Of a stretch of 64,000 nucleotides of DNA, positions 13,153 to 21,880 are shown in pieces; position 1 is the first letter of the stretch; each line of letters starts with the position of its first letter. Origin of the DNA: a virus (taxonomy: Duplodnaviria > Heunggongvirae > Uroviricota > Caudoviricetes); IMG/VR virus record IMGVR_UViG_2568526312_000010; one strand, given 5' to 3'. A program made the position numbers and the translations under genes. Below the pieces are notes generated by a model, which ran no database searches, was not told the origin of the DNA, and saw only the letters and a list, made by a program, of their open reading frames with translations.

Positions 13153-13228
13153 TGGTGGCCCTTGCTGGATTTGAACCAGCGACCTGGCGATTATGAGTCG
13201 CTCGCTCTCACCACTGAGCTAAAGGGCC
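13153..13228 (-). tRNA. tRNA-Ile2-like (anticodon CAT)
   Basis: GGCCCTTTAGCTCAGTGGTGAGAGCG...CTCATAATCGC...GGTTCAAATCC...GGGCCACCA, resembles recalled ileX-type tRNA. Confidence 0.8.
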
Positions 13229-13256
13229 GAGCCAAAAAATAATAATCAGATGAAAA

Positions 13257-13970
13257 TCAATAATCAAGCCCTTGCCTGGATACATATCTGTCTGGCGGGA
13301 AGCCATAATAGCGGTGAAATACAGAAATAAAGTAGGACCGGCTTGAATAACCACATTTTTCTGCTACAGCCTGTCCATATCCATACCGGGAACATAACAT
13401 ATTTACAGCAACACGCATCCGCTCTTCCAGCAACAAGCGACTGAACATGCCCCCTTCATTTTTCAGTTTTGTCTTTAACAAACTCTCACTCATATGCAAC
13501 TGTAGAGCAATCGCACCAAGCGTCCAGCTTGCTGATATATCTGTCTGAATTATCGCCCTGACTTTGGCACTTATGCTGGATAAACATCCACTTAAAAACA
13601 ATGACATCCGTTCATCTGTTTCAAACAGAGACAGGCAGGCCATCATAAGAAACATATCCGTGACCTCTCCGGAAAATCCCTGGCTGGTAATTAAAGCCGC
13701 AGCCAACGCAGGATTGTTGGGTTCCAGCAACAGGTAAAGCGGAATGTCAGTCAGACGAGTCCTCGTCAGCTTATGCTGACTTTCCAGATATTGACTTACG
13801 ACGGATTCGCTTATATCGACAATTTTAACTTTGCCATAATGCATAAGGAAAAGCTCCCTGATGCATTTGGTGGCCAGAACGACTGAGCCTGGCTTAAGTG
13901 ACAACGTATCCTTTTCAAGAAAAATATTAATTGGGGAGCAAACCATGATAACTGAACAGACAACAGCCAT
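13257..13970 (-). CDS. AraC-family transcriptional regulator (AppY/PerA-like architecture)
   Basis: 237 aa; C-terminal AraC-type HTH (AVAEKCGYSSRSYFISVFHRYYGFPP); AT-rich gene; present only in prophage 1. Confidence 0.75.
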   Translation of the reverse strand: MAVVCSVIMVCSPINIFLEKDTLSLKPGSVVLATKCIRELFLMHYGKVKIVDISESVVSQYLESQHKLTRTRLTDIPLYLLLEPNNPALAAALITSQGFSGEVTDMFLMMACLSLFETDERMSLFLSGCLSSISAKVRAIIQTDISASWTLGAIALQLHMSESLLKTKLKNEGGMFSRLLLEERMRVAVNMLCSRYGYGQAVAEKCGYSSRSYFISVFHRYYGFPPDRYVSRQGLDY

Positions 13971-14105
13971 TATAATTTTACTTTCATTAGCAATTGGTTA
14001 GCTCAATTATAGCCCCAAAAGGTAAATTATCATCAACACATAAGCAAAGGACTGACAGGTGCCGCCCCCCCCACCAGCCGCCCATTTACCACAAATAAAA
14101 AGCCT

Positions 14106-14426
14106 TCAGGACTGAATGCGTCTGTAACAACCGCACTGATAGTCTGCCAGACCCGCCATAACCAGCTGGGTCAGTATTAACTGGCAGCGTTCGCGTGAAA
14201 GGTAAGTATTCTGCGCAATCTCCCCGACTGTCGCCGGTTCGGTAACGCTTAATTCATTAAACACCACTCTGGCGGTTTCTGTCATATCCTGCTGTTTTAG
14301 CATGTCTTTTTCCCTTTTCCGGTTAACGTGACATACCAATAACTCTTGTCGAAAAAGCCAGCAAGTTGAAAGACCGGTATTAGCAACCACCAGCGCGTTT
14401 AACGCCCCGTGCCGTTTTTCAGTCAT
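14106..14426 (-). CDS. hypothetical small protein (true start may be internal, about 14288)
   Basis: ORF directly after the tR'-like terminator; first ATG lacks an RBS, internal ATG has AGGA. Confidence 0.3.
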   Translation of the reverse strand: MTEKRHGALNALVVANTGLSTCWLFRQELLVCHVNRKREKDMLKQQDMTETARVVFNELSVTEPATVGEIAQNTYLSRERCQLILTQLVMAGLADYQCGCYRRIQS

Positions 14427-14452
14427 AAAAAAACCCGCAAAAAGCGGGCTCT
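14427..14452 (-). terminator. tR'-like intrinsic terminator downstream of Q
   Basis: minus strand CCCGC-TTTTT-GCGGG hairpin followed by T7, about 75 bp downstream of the Q stop. Confidence 0.6.
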
Positions 14453-14527
14453 TTCAAATGTCCATGTCTGCTATTCGCCTCGCGGTACAGCTTTGCGAAG
14501 CTTACCGGAATTGAAGCAGTTTTTACG

Positions 14528-15094
14528 TCAAAAAGCAATAACTTTTTTCTCTATACCAAAAGCCATAACCATTGGTTTGTACAAAATAAATTCTGCCACC
14601 TTTAGCCAATGCTCAATGCGTCTTTCACAGGTTCTTAAACTCCATTCCGGATGTGCATCATTCAGCAATTCAGCCATTTTGCGCTTAGTCATCCCCCGCC
14701 CCACATAACGCTGACTCAGAACATTGAGCAGCCCGGGATAACCTGCCAGTACTTCACCAATAACCCTATCGATTATTAACGCCTCTGAATCGGTACAATG
14801 TGCCAGCCAGCTTTTTTGATTGCCGTTGATCATATCCCGCAAAAAAGCCTCAAGTTCAGGTTTGTCCAGACCCGCTTTTTTCATCCTCCGGAGCGCCTCG
14901 TTAATTGCCGTTTTTGTCAGCTTTTTAGAGGTCAGTAATTGGTTGAACATATTTCCCGTCTTACCGTCGCCAATATACGACCAACGCCCCCACATACGCA
15001 GTTTCCCCTGGATCCAGACACTTTCCAGCGTTTTCAGGCGTAAATGCTCACCGCTTTTGCCTGTAATTTCCGGGTATATCATATTTATGCTCAC
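14528..15094 (-). CDS. late antiterminator Q-like protein (allele 1)
   Basis: 188 aa in the canonical slot between rusA and terminator/tRNAs; family assignment from position and vague similarity. Confidence 0.5.
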   Translation of the reverse strand: MSINMIYPEITGKSGEHLRLKTLESVWIQGKLRMWGRWSYIGDGKTGNMFNQLLTSKKLTKTAINEALRRMKKAGLDKPELEAFLRDMINGNQKSWLAHCTDSEALIIDRVIGEVLAGYPGLLNVLSQRYVGRGMTKRKMAELLNDAHPEWSLRTCERRIEHWLKVAEFILYKPMVMAFGIEKKVIAF

Positions 15095-15144
15095 TCACTT
15101 TCAATTTTGTAAATCTTCACGCCCAGCCGCCCACCAGAAACGAG

Positions 15145-15450
15145 CTAGCCGCGCACAATATTGATTTCATCAAACTGCTCGTCGTCTATGAGAAGTCCGG
15201 CATGCGTCAGCGCATCCAGTGGTGCTTTCAGGATATTGTCCAGGTCACGACGGCGCTTATCCGGTGGCTCTGCAATAATCTTTATCGCCAGCCTTCCGGA
15301 CAGGTTTAATTTCAGCCGCTGCTGGCGAACAATAAGTGCCACATCCCGGCGATAACGCTCACCGGCTTTTGATACAAAATATGTGCTGCCACGACGTCGC
15401 CAGTAGGTGTTCACCGTCGGCGGGTAAGGCAAAACAAACTCTATACGCAT
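15145..15450 (-). CDS. rusA: Holliday-junction resolvase RusA, truncated by a nonsense codon relative to prophage 2 copy
   Basis: PPDKRRRDLDNILKAPLDALTHAGLLIDDEQ matches RusA; ends INIVRG-stop where copy 2 continues QLVPGERLGIKITELECA. Confidence 0.8.
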   Translation of the reverse strand: MRIEFVLPYPPTVNTYWRRRGSTYFVSKAGERYRRDVALIVRQQRLKLNLSGRLAIKIIAEPPDKRRRDLDNILKAPLDALTHAGLLIDDEQFDEINIVRG

Positions 15451-15462
15451 CAGTAACCTCTT

Positions 15463-16566
15463 TTACCCGAGCACGCCGGTTGCAAAGGCGTGATCAAGAA
15501 AACGAAAAATTAAATCAACCTGGGAACCATGCTTTTCTTCGAACGCCAGCGGATCCGCATGAAGCTCGTTGTGATGCTCCCGACACAGCGGTAGCGTGAA
15601 AATATCGTGGGATTTTGTTCCCATTCCGCCCTGACCATGACCAATCAGATGATGAGGATCGTCCGCTGGCTTACCACAACACGCACACGGCTGTGTCTTT
15701 ACCCAGCGTGTGTATTTCTCATTTACCCAGCGGCGACGTTTAGGTCGTTTCATGAAGGATTCCGGAGACTCCGGATCAACGGCAATGCTGACCACCGTCT
15801 TTTCCTGTGGTGGGTTCTGTTGCTGGTGGGTGTGAGGCGGTAGCGCAATATTTTTTGTGCGCTGCTTCAGTATGCTGGTGGCGGTCTGTTCTCCCGGTAT
15901 GATGTCGCTTTCACGGTATACGGAGCGGATTTTTTCCGCCGGTAATCCCAGAGAGCGACGCGATACTGCCTCAGGTAATGCGTCCACCACCTGATTGCAG
16001 ACTGCCCACCAGGATAATTCAGCCAGCGATAATTCCCGCTCCTGCGTGCCATTCATTACATGGCGTATGACGTCAATCATCCAGGCTGTCAGATTTTGTT
16101 GAGTAAGTTGCTCAAGTGATTCGGAGGTCTGGTCGCGCAGCTGGTTGTCGCAGTGCCAGCACAACACCATTGCGCCAGCACCGTAACTGTGAATAACGGT
16201 TTCGCTGTGATGATAATCGCCGTGTGGCCACTGGCAGGATTTCACGTGACGTAATAACCAGTCAGACAGTGCACCAGCGCCGCCAGCTGCACGAATCACC
16301 CGCTCATCGCTGAAAAATGGCAGCAGTGATTTATCTTCCGCCAGCGGCTGGCGAACAGCAGGAACCGCTCCAGATGGCAGCGCCCGCATGTTTTTCGGTT
16401 CCGGCTCCACCAGCACCCTGCCGCGATGAAAAACTGGCAATGATTCACGACCGGGCTTAAGGACCACCAGCCCGAGTTCCGGAACCAGAACAGGTCGAAG
16501 TAATACCCGCACATTACCTCCAGACGCGCTGACGGTAGCAGGCATGTGTCCGTGGCAGATGTGCAC
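15463..16566 (-). CDS. DUF968 (YdfU-like) protein with HNH-like Cys/His motif
   Basis: C-terminal CACCGKPADDPHHL...LCREHHNELH; adjacent to rusA/Q as ydfU is in Qin. Confidence 0.65.
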   Translation of the reverse strand: MHICHGHMPATVSASGGNVRVLLRPVLVPELGLVVLKPGRESLPVFHRGRVLVEPEPKNMRALPSGAVPAVRQPLAEDKSLLPFFSDERVIRAAGGAGALSDWLLRHVKSCQWPHGDYHHSETVIHSYGAGAMVLCWHCDNQLRDQTSESLEQLTQQNLTAWMIDVIRHVMNGTQERELSLAELSWWAVCNQVVDALPEAVSRRSLGLPAEKIRSVYRESDIIPGEQTATSILKQRTKNIALPPHTHQQQNPPQEKTVVSIAVDPESPESFMKRPKRRRWVNEKYTRWVKTQPCACCGKPADDPHHLIGHGQGGMGTKSHDIFTLPLCREHHNELHADPLAFEEKHGSQVDLIFRFLDHAFATGVLG

Positions 16567-16907
16567 GAACAGGAAGATATACAGAAACGGTCCAGGTCAG
16601 ACGATCAGCGTTCAGACTCCGCTCCACACGGACACCGCGACGCAGATACGCCTCTTGAAGCATATCTGCCTCATCGATCGTACAGAACAGATAGTGAAAC
16701 CAGCCATACTGAGGCGCACGAAAACGCCTCCCCTGCTTAATTTCCGGGTCGGCTTCAGAATTGTGGGATTTTATGTGTTGTGTCATCGGATTCTCCGGTG
16801 ACAGCAGGTGTCAGTTGTTCAGGCTGACTGCGCGAATTGTAAGGCAATACGCCGGAATGTACAAACAGAAAACCCGTCAGTAAGACGGGCTTAACAAGCA
16901 GGGGCGG

Positions 16908-17252
16908 TTACTTTAATAATTTCAGTGCCTTTACATCAACTTCAACACTGCTCAGGTCTTTATCAATTTCACCCTCAATTCTTACTTTGTCTTTCGGAGA
17001 AACATTCTGCCCGGCCCATACGCTGTCATCAATATCCGTGACAATTGTCCCGCTATTGTCACGAAACTCATAACGTTCATCACCCACTTTTTTAACGATG
17101 CTCCCTTCAAGGATAACCCATGCATCATCCTTCAGTTCTTTTGCCTGCGCTACTGTTGAACGCTCTGCTTCTGGCCCCTGGAAACCACCCTGCTGTGCAA
17201 AAGCGCCAAAAGACACACCGGAAATAAGTGCTGCAATCAATACCTTTTTCAT
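16908..17252 (-). CDS. YgiW/BOF-family periplasmic OB-fold protein
   Basis: 114 aa with signal peptide MKKVLIAALISGVSFGAFAQQ and YgiW-like body. Confidence 0.7.
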   Translation of the reverse strand: MKKVLIAALISGVSFGAFAQQGGFQGPEAERSTVAQAKELKDDAWVILEGSIVKKVGDERYEFRDNSGTIVTDIDDSVWAGQNVSPKDKVRIEGEIDKDLSSVEVDVKALKLLK

Positions 17253-17371
17253 TCATAGTCCTCTTTCAGAGATGAACATTCAAACAGCATTTTCAGTATG
17301 GTAAAGCGCGGGTGCGTTGAGGATGCCTGACACATCAGAGGTGGCGGGAGATTACTCCCCCGCCTGGTCTC

Positions 17372-17527
17372 TTACTTCTCAGATTCGTAGTCTACGAAGA
17401 CAGCGACCTCCGTCTGACCGGTTCGGATTCGCACCTCGCAGAGGTCTTTCCTCGTTACCAGTGCCGTCACTATGACGGTTAAACAGATGACGATCAGGGC
17501 GATTAACATCGCCTTTTGCTGCTTCAT
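17372..17527 (-). CDS. hok: Hok/Gef-family membrane toxin (HokD/RelF-like)
   Basis: MKQQKAMLIALIVICLTVIVTALVTRKDLCEVRIRTGQTEVAVF matches recalled Hok family; RBS AAGGAG upstream. Confidence 0.8.
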   Translation of the reverse strand: MKQQKAMLIALIVICLTVIVTALVTRKDLCEVRIRTGQTEVAVFVDYESEK

Positions 17528-17817
17528 AGCCTGCTTCTCCTTGCCTTTCGGCACGTAAGAGGCTAACCTACATGTGTTCAGCATGGATTGAGCCTCAGAT
17601 TAATGTTAAGCGTCTTGCAGGACGCGTAATGTTAACTGGGGCTTTTCTCTATCTGCCGTTGGTGTTCATGCCCGAGGCAGATAGCCTCAAGCACCCGCAG
17701 CAATTCTACTTAACTATCCTTTTCCCGCAAACCGTTTTTATCCCCAGCGGCAAATCGAATACACCACCAGCGCCACCGCCATCGCAATTCCTACCGTTGT
17801 GAATGCTTCAGGCCAGG

Positions 17818-18375
17818 TCATTGATTCACCTCCTGCGGCGGTTCTGGTAGCGACATCCAGTGGGTTGCTTGCCTAAGATCATTACCCGGACTAACTGCTA
17901 TACCTCCGCGCCGGAACGTGCCTCCGAGATAGCGTGCGGAATATATTAATGGCCCAGCCTCGCTATCGATATTCATCGAAATAAGCACGTTCTGGCTCTT
18001 TTCAGGCATTCGCTCAGTACAGCTTATCCAGCCATCCAGAGTTATCGGAGATCTGGTTGACGTTTCCGAGATTTCCCGAAAATTGTTGGTTGACGAATTC
18101 TTATTTTCCCGAAAGTTTCCGGCCTGAAGCATGGCGACGCGGCAGGCGTTCCAGCCATCAGCATATGTTTTAGTTACACCGTCGAGATGGCAGGTAAGCA
18201 AATCCATTTCATCAGGCACTACCATTGCTATCGGCTCTGCTTCCAGTGATGCCAGCGCGATACGAAACACATTAGCCAGCAGGCTGTCTGAAGACTTGTT
18301 ATCGTGCGCCGAGTCGCTCAGGAAGCCTGTGATGTATGATTTAATCTCCGCGCGTTCTCTGGTAATAGTGCTCAT
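17818..18375 (-). CDS. hypothetical phage protein (DUF551-like C-terminus)
   Basis: 185 aa; family guess from C-terminal DGWISCTERMPE...WMSLPEPP. Confidence 0.45.
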   Translation of the reverse strand: MSTITRERAEIKSYITGFLSDSAHDNKSSDSLLANVFRIALASLEAEPIAMVVPDEMDLLTCHLDGVTKTYADGWNACRVAMLQAGNFRENKNSSTNNFREISETSTRSPITLDGWISCTERMPEKSQNVLISMNIDSEAGPLIYSARYLGGTFRRGGIAVSPGNDLRQATHWMSLPEPPQEVNQ

Positions 18376-18376
18376 A

Positions 18377-18595
18377 TCAGTTTTCCTTATACGGATTAAT
18401 TTTATTGTGCAGTGCGCTGAATGATTCCCATGTCACATCGGTATATAGCTCAATAACTGGTTCAAATGTCCTTCCAATTATCCAGACCAGTAATAGCGGG
18501 GATATCGGTATCATCAACACTATAAACAGAATGAAAAACAGAAACTCTGTTGTTCTGCTCTTTCGTGGGTAATTTTTTTCTAAATAATGTTTCAT
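18377..18595 (-). CDS. small hydrophobic protein
   Basis: 72 aa with one strongly hydrophobic segment FLFFILFIVLMIPISPLLLVWII. Confidence 0.35.
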   Translation of the reverse strand: MKHYLEKNYPRKSRTTEFLFFILFIVLMIPISPLLLVWIIGRTFEPVIELYTDVTWESFSALHNKINPYKEN

Positions 18596-18722
18596 TTCTT
18601 ACCGCCCTTTCGGGCGGCCTCCTGATGTTCTGAGGGTGCAGGAATCCCTCCGGTTAAGGATTTAATAAAAATCGTTTCTGATTTAAATCTTCAGTATTTA
18701 GTTGTTAGTTGGTTTATCGCCT

Positions 18723-19034
18723 TTATGCTTCAGCCTTATTTCGCAACCAGACACAAACCGGGCCATCTTCCGTATCATGAATGGAACCAATAAACCAGCC
18801 ATCGCCCTCTGGTCGTTCCGGTTCCCATGCAGAAATATCAGCATCACACGCATCAAGGTCAGCACATCCTTCATCTCTGAAGCAGAGGACGTATTGAAGA
18901 TTATTTTCCTCCATCCAGGCGTTAAACTCTTCCGTTGAAATATATTCCCGACCATCACAGAATTTTTCATATTCAGGATGTGTCCAGTAGCCATATCCGT
19001 CACGAACTACCGGCATTTCTTTAATTTCACTCAC
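18723..19034 (-). CDS. hypothetical phage protein
   Basis: 103-aa ORF in the nin-like region. Confidence 0.4.
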   Translation of the reverse strand: MSEIKEMPVVRDGYGYWTHPEYEKFCDGREYISTEEFNAWMEENNLQYVLCFRDEGCADLDACDADISAWEPERPEGDGWFIGSIHDTEDGPVCVWLRNKAEA

Positions 19035-19250
19035 TGTTAACCTCCTGCAACGCTACACGATACGCCTTCTTTATCCACGCCTTACTGCCATATAATTTCG
19101 TCTTCATAATAAACACACCTGCACGACTCGCCGATATCCCCGGACAGGTTAACAGCACAGCATCCACCACACGGTTATGCTTCCGAAACTCCATTACAGT
19201 ACTGCTGATAACCACCTGCCCCACCGGGCCGTAATCCTGATACAGGATTT

Positions 19251-19532
19251 TCACGCAGACACCCTCCTGTCGAAATAAACGTAGTTATTCACTATGCGCA
19301 GCGGCATGCCTAATTTTCTGGCAATTTCCCTTCTTTGCATGCCTCTCTGATGCAGTTGCCGCGCCAGCTCAATATCACGCTGAGAATATTTTGCCGACGG
19401 GTGAAAATCACCACGTAACATCATGCTGATGCCCAGCTCCCGTGCCTTCGTTCTCACTGCCGCTTCAGTTCGTCCGATAAGTGCGCCAACGCTTTTTACC
19501 TTCATCGTTCCCGCACACTGCCGGAGTATCAT
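19251..19532 (-). CDS. small HTH-containing protein
   Basis: C-terminal QRGMQRREIARKLGMPLRIVNNYV helix-turn-helix-like; start chosen internal to avoid overlap. Confidence 0.35.
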   Translation of the reverse strand: MILRQCAGTMKVKSVGALIGRTEAAVRTKARELGISMMLRGDFHPSAKYSQRDIELARQLHQRGMQRREIARKLGMPLRIVNNYVYFDRRVSA

Positions 19533-19564
19533 GATTTCCGCCCGGCACCACGTCTTCCACCCAC

Positions 19565-20299
19565 TCACCGCTGCTGTTCTCTGGTGGCGGTAATATCCCG
19601 GAGAATATCCCGGCACTTGTTCAGCTCCCGCAGCGCGGCGCAGACTCGCTCCCACTTCTGAACCTGACCTTTTGCCCGGCGCAGCTCGCGGTTAGCCACA
19701 TGCAGCGATGGTAAAATCAGACCATCCGGATGCTTTCTGGTGAACGACGGCTGTGACTGCACTGTGACCGCCACACTTTCCGTTTTTATTTCTTCCTGTG
19801 TTTCCGCTTCCCCGACTGGTAACGCAACACCTGCTGGCTGAGGAAAGGCTTTACCATCCGTTTCCGTTATGGATGCGGCTTTCGGCTCTGCCGGTAAATC
19901 AGCGCCCGGTATGCAGTACCGAAATTTACCGCCCTGATTCACGCGAATCAGACGCCCTTTGCTGATTGCCATGGCCAGTGATGAATTCGCCCGGCGGGAG
20001 GTAATCCCGAACATCAGTGCCAGCTCATCCGCCGTTTGTGGGCCATGATGTTCAATCGCCTCAGTCAGCATTTGCGCTGTCACTTTCGGTACCGGTGACA
20101 CTGGTTCACTTTCACCAGTCTGAGTCAGCCACCACATCGACCCCTTGTTATCCGCTTCACCACGGCGCTTCAGTTTCCACAGTTCGTTGACAGCATCTTC
20201 GCGGCTGATTCCAAGGCGCGATGCCACTACCTGTGAAGAGGCTTTTTTCAGTGCTTTCAGTGCGTCAAATACGGTTTCCATTAATATTTCCTCCGACAA
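19565..20299 (-). CDS. hypothetical phage protein with N-terminal winged-helix-like region
   Basis: 244-aa ORF upstream of P-like gene. Confidence 0.4.
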   Translation of the reverse strand: MSEEILMETVFDALKALKKASSQVVASRLGISREDAVNELWKLKRRGEADNKGSMWWLTQTGESEPVSPVPKVTAQMLTEAIEHHGPQTADELALMFGITSRRANSSLAMAISKGRLIRVNQGGKFRYCIPGADLPAEPKAASITETDGKAFPQPAGVALPVGEAETQEEIKTESVAVTVQSQPSFTRKHPDGLILPSLHVANRELRRAKGQVQKWERVCAALRELNKCRDILRDITATREQQR

Positions 20300-20314
20300 A
20301 ATCGTTTCTCAGAT

Positions 20315-20977
20315 TCAAATAAAACCAGCTGCCTTCCGGCGTTCGTATTCCTGTTTCAGCCGTTCAATTGGCGTTGGCCCTTGCGGGTGTTTCGCCCCTT
20401 CCAGTTGTCGTCGCACTGGCGGAACACTCATCCCGTTACCAACATGCTTTGCCCATTTCGTCAGTTGCCGTTCCGCAAGTCGTTTTAACTCACCTTGCGT
20501 CATCTGGCGCTCAATCCCTCTGGTACGCATTTCGAGGCAGATGTGGTACAGCACAGGCTGTGGCCACGGGTATTTATCACTCCCGTCGTATCGCCAGGAT
20601 TCATTGCGCCAGCGCCGGTACTCTTCCATCACGGCATCCACCGTAAGACCAAATGGATTTGCCCCACTCTCCGAAATCAGCGCAACAAACTCAGCCAGGT
20701 CCGGGGGCCACGTTTCACCCGCCCGGCAGCGGTCCATGCACTGACGGCACACCAGACGGATTTGCTGTTCAGTCATCGCACCAATCTGGGCAATCCAGAG
20801 CTTCGAAGGTGCGGCCCCGTTCTTCTGAGTCCAGCGGTTCGAATACACCTCCCCCATGAGCTCCCACAGCTTCCAGGCCGTTTCCGTTGCTGATAAATCC
20901 GTTGTCACGTTCCCACTGTTCGCGTGCAGCCCGGATTTCCTGAACTGCCCGTGATGCCGTGCCACCTGATGCTGCAT
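20315..20977 (-). CDS. replication protein P-like (helicase loader)
   Basis: 220 aa; DKYPWPQPVLYHI and C-terminal region resemble recalled lambda P; 5' end overlaps O ORF by about 200 nt, start uncertain. Confidence 0.65.
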   Translation of the reverse strand: MQHQVARHHGQFRKSGLHANSGNVTTDLSATETAWKLWELMGEVYSNRWTQKNGAAPSKLWIAQIGAMTEQQIRLVCRQCMDRCRAGETWPPDLAEFVALISESGANPFGLTVDAVMEEYRRWRNESWRYDGSDKYPWPQPVLYHICLEMRTRGIERQMTQGELKRLAERQLTKWAKHVGNGMSVPPVRRQLEGAKHPQGPTPIERLKQEYERRKAAGFI

Positions 20978-21818
20978 GGCTTCCCCCCTTGCTGACTGGT
21001 TTTACCTGTGCCCTGACGTGCTGCACGTGGCGGGCAAATTTCTGCTCCCACTGAACCTGCGTGAAAACCTTCCCCTCCGCCATCCAGTAATCCCGGAATG
21101 CGGCAAGCTCAGCAGGTGTAAATTCCGGCTCAGGCAGAGCCATACCCCACACTGCTGCCCGTTGTCGAAAATCCGGCGACGGCTGCCAGACAGTAGTCAT
21201 CGAAAATTTCCCGATCGGTTCGCTCAGGCCGTCCAGGTATTCAGGTTCGGCTGTCTGCAACGGCGCACCATTCGACTCACTGGTCGGAATACTCTCGCGC
21301 GCGTTATGTGTGGGGTTTAATTCTGTATCTGTATCTTTATCTGTATCTTTATCTGTCGTGACTTGTCGTGACAGATGCGTGACACGTCGTGACTCATCGT
21401 GACAATCAGCATTATGTTTCCGCAGCTTTTCCCGCTCCCGCTGCGCTCTCTTGCGCTCTGCCGGGGATTTTGCCGTTTGCGAAACGTTACCATTGTCCTC
21501 TTTCAGCACCTGACGTTTTTCCCATCCGGAAATAAGGTCACCATCCAGAACCCGCCCCTGCATTGCATGCAAAATTGAATCAATTACGTCTTCCGTCACA
21601 TCAAGCGCACTTGCTAAATCTTCCGTCGTGACATCAATGTGACCACGTAGTGACACGCCGTGACATGTCGTGACATTTCGTGACGCGCTCACCAGAAGAT
21701 GGATATACACTGCCATCACTGTTGCGATTGGCTGTCCTGATACCCTGGCAATCGTTCGCCACTTGGGGTCATTTGGCATGTCATGCCACAATCTGAGCCA
21801 GGCATTAGCCATACTCAC
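20769..21818 (-). CDS. replication initiator O-like protein with internal origin
   Basis: 349 aa; two CGTGAC iteron clusters and AT-rich repeats inside the ORF; upstream of P. Confidence 0.6.
   Translation of the reverse strand: MSMANAWLRLWHDMPNDPKWRTIARVSGQPIATVMAVYIHLLVSASRNVTTCHGVSLRGHIDVTTEDLASALDVTEDVIDSILHAMQGRVLDGDLISGWEKRQVLKEDNGNVSQTAKSPAERKRAQREREKLRKHNADCHDESRRVTHLSRQVTTDKDTDKDTDTELNPTHNARESIPTSESNGAPLQTAEPEYLDGLSEPIGKFSMTTVWQPSPDFRQRAAVWGMALPEPEFTPAELAAFRDYWMAEGKVFTQVQWEQKFARHVQHVRAQVKPVSKGGSHAASGGTASRAVQEIRAAREQWERDNGFISNGNGLEAVGAHGGGVFEPLDSEERGRTFEALDCPDWCDD
21353..21402 (-). repeat. iteron cluster B: five (T/C)CGTGAC repeats at about 10-bp spacing, next to TATCTGTATCTTTA direct repeats at 21321-21352
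   Basis: ctgtcgtgacttgtcgtgacagatgcgtgacacgtcgtgactcatcgtgac. Confidence 0.65.
21624..21686 (-). repeat. iteron cluster A: six (G/T)TGAC-containing repeats
   Basis: cgtcgtgacatcaatgtgaccacgtagtgacacgccgtgacatgtcgtgacatttcgtgac. Confidence 0.6.
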
Positions 21819-21880
21819 CTCTTCTGATACCGAACTTTACCCTCGAACATCCGGAAGAAATCCGGCATGAATATTGTTGG

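Larger units (their letters stand above)
7545..13230. repeat. direct repeat copy 1 (Ant to tRNA module), near-identical to 56697..62383
   Basis: identical translations for Ant, endolysin, 115-aa ORF, holin and NanS-p at constant offset 49152-49153; lower identity through Rz and RHH gene. Confidence 0.9.

Noticed and set aside
12960-14430. Searched the interval between Q/tRNAs and nanS-p for Shiga toxin genes
   Set aside because: No ORF of stxA or stxB size or character; the interval holds a TerB-like gene and, in prophage 1, an AraC-family regulator.
16514-16786. 90-aa ORF upstream of and overlapping the DUF968 gene
   Set aside because: Could be a separate small gene or an N-terminal extension; no recognisable family, so not called.
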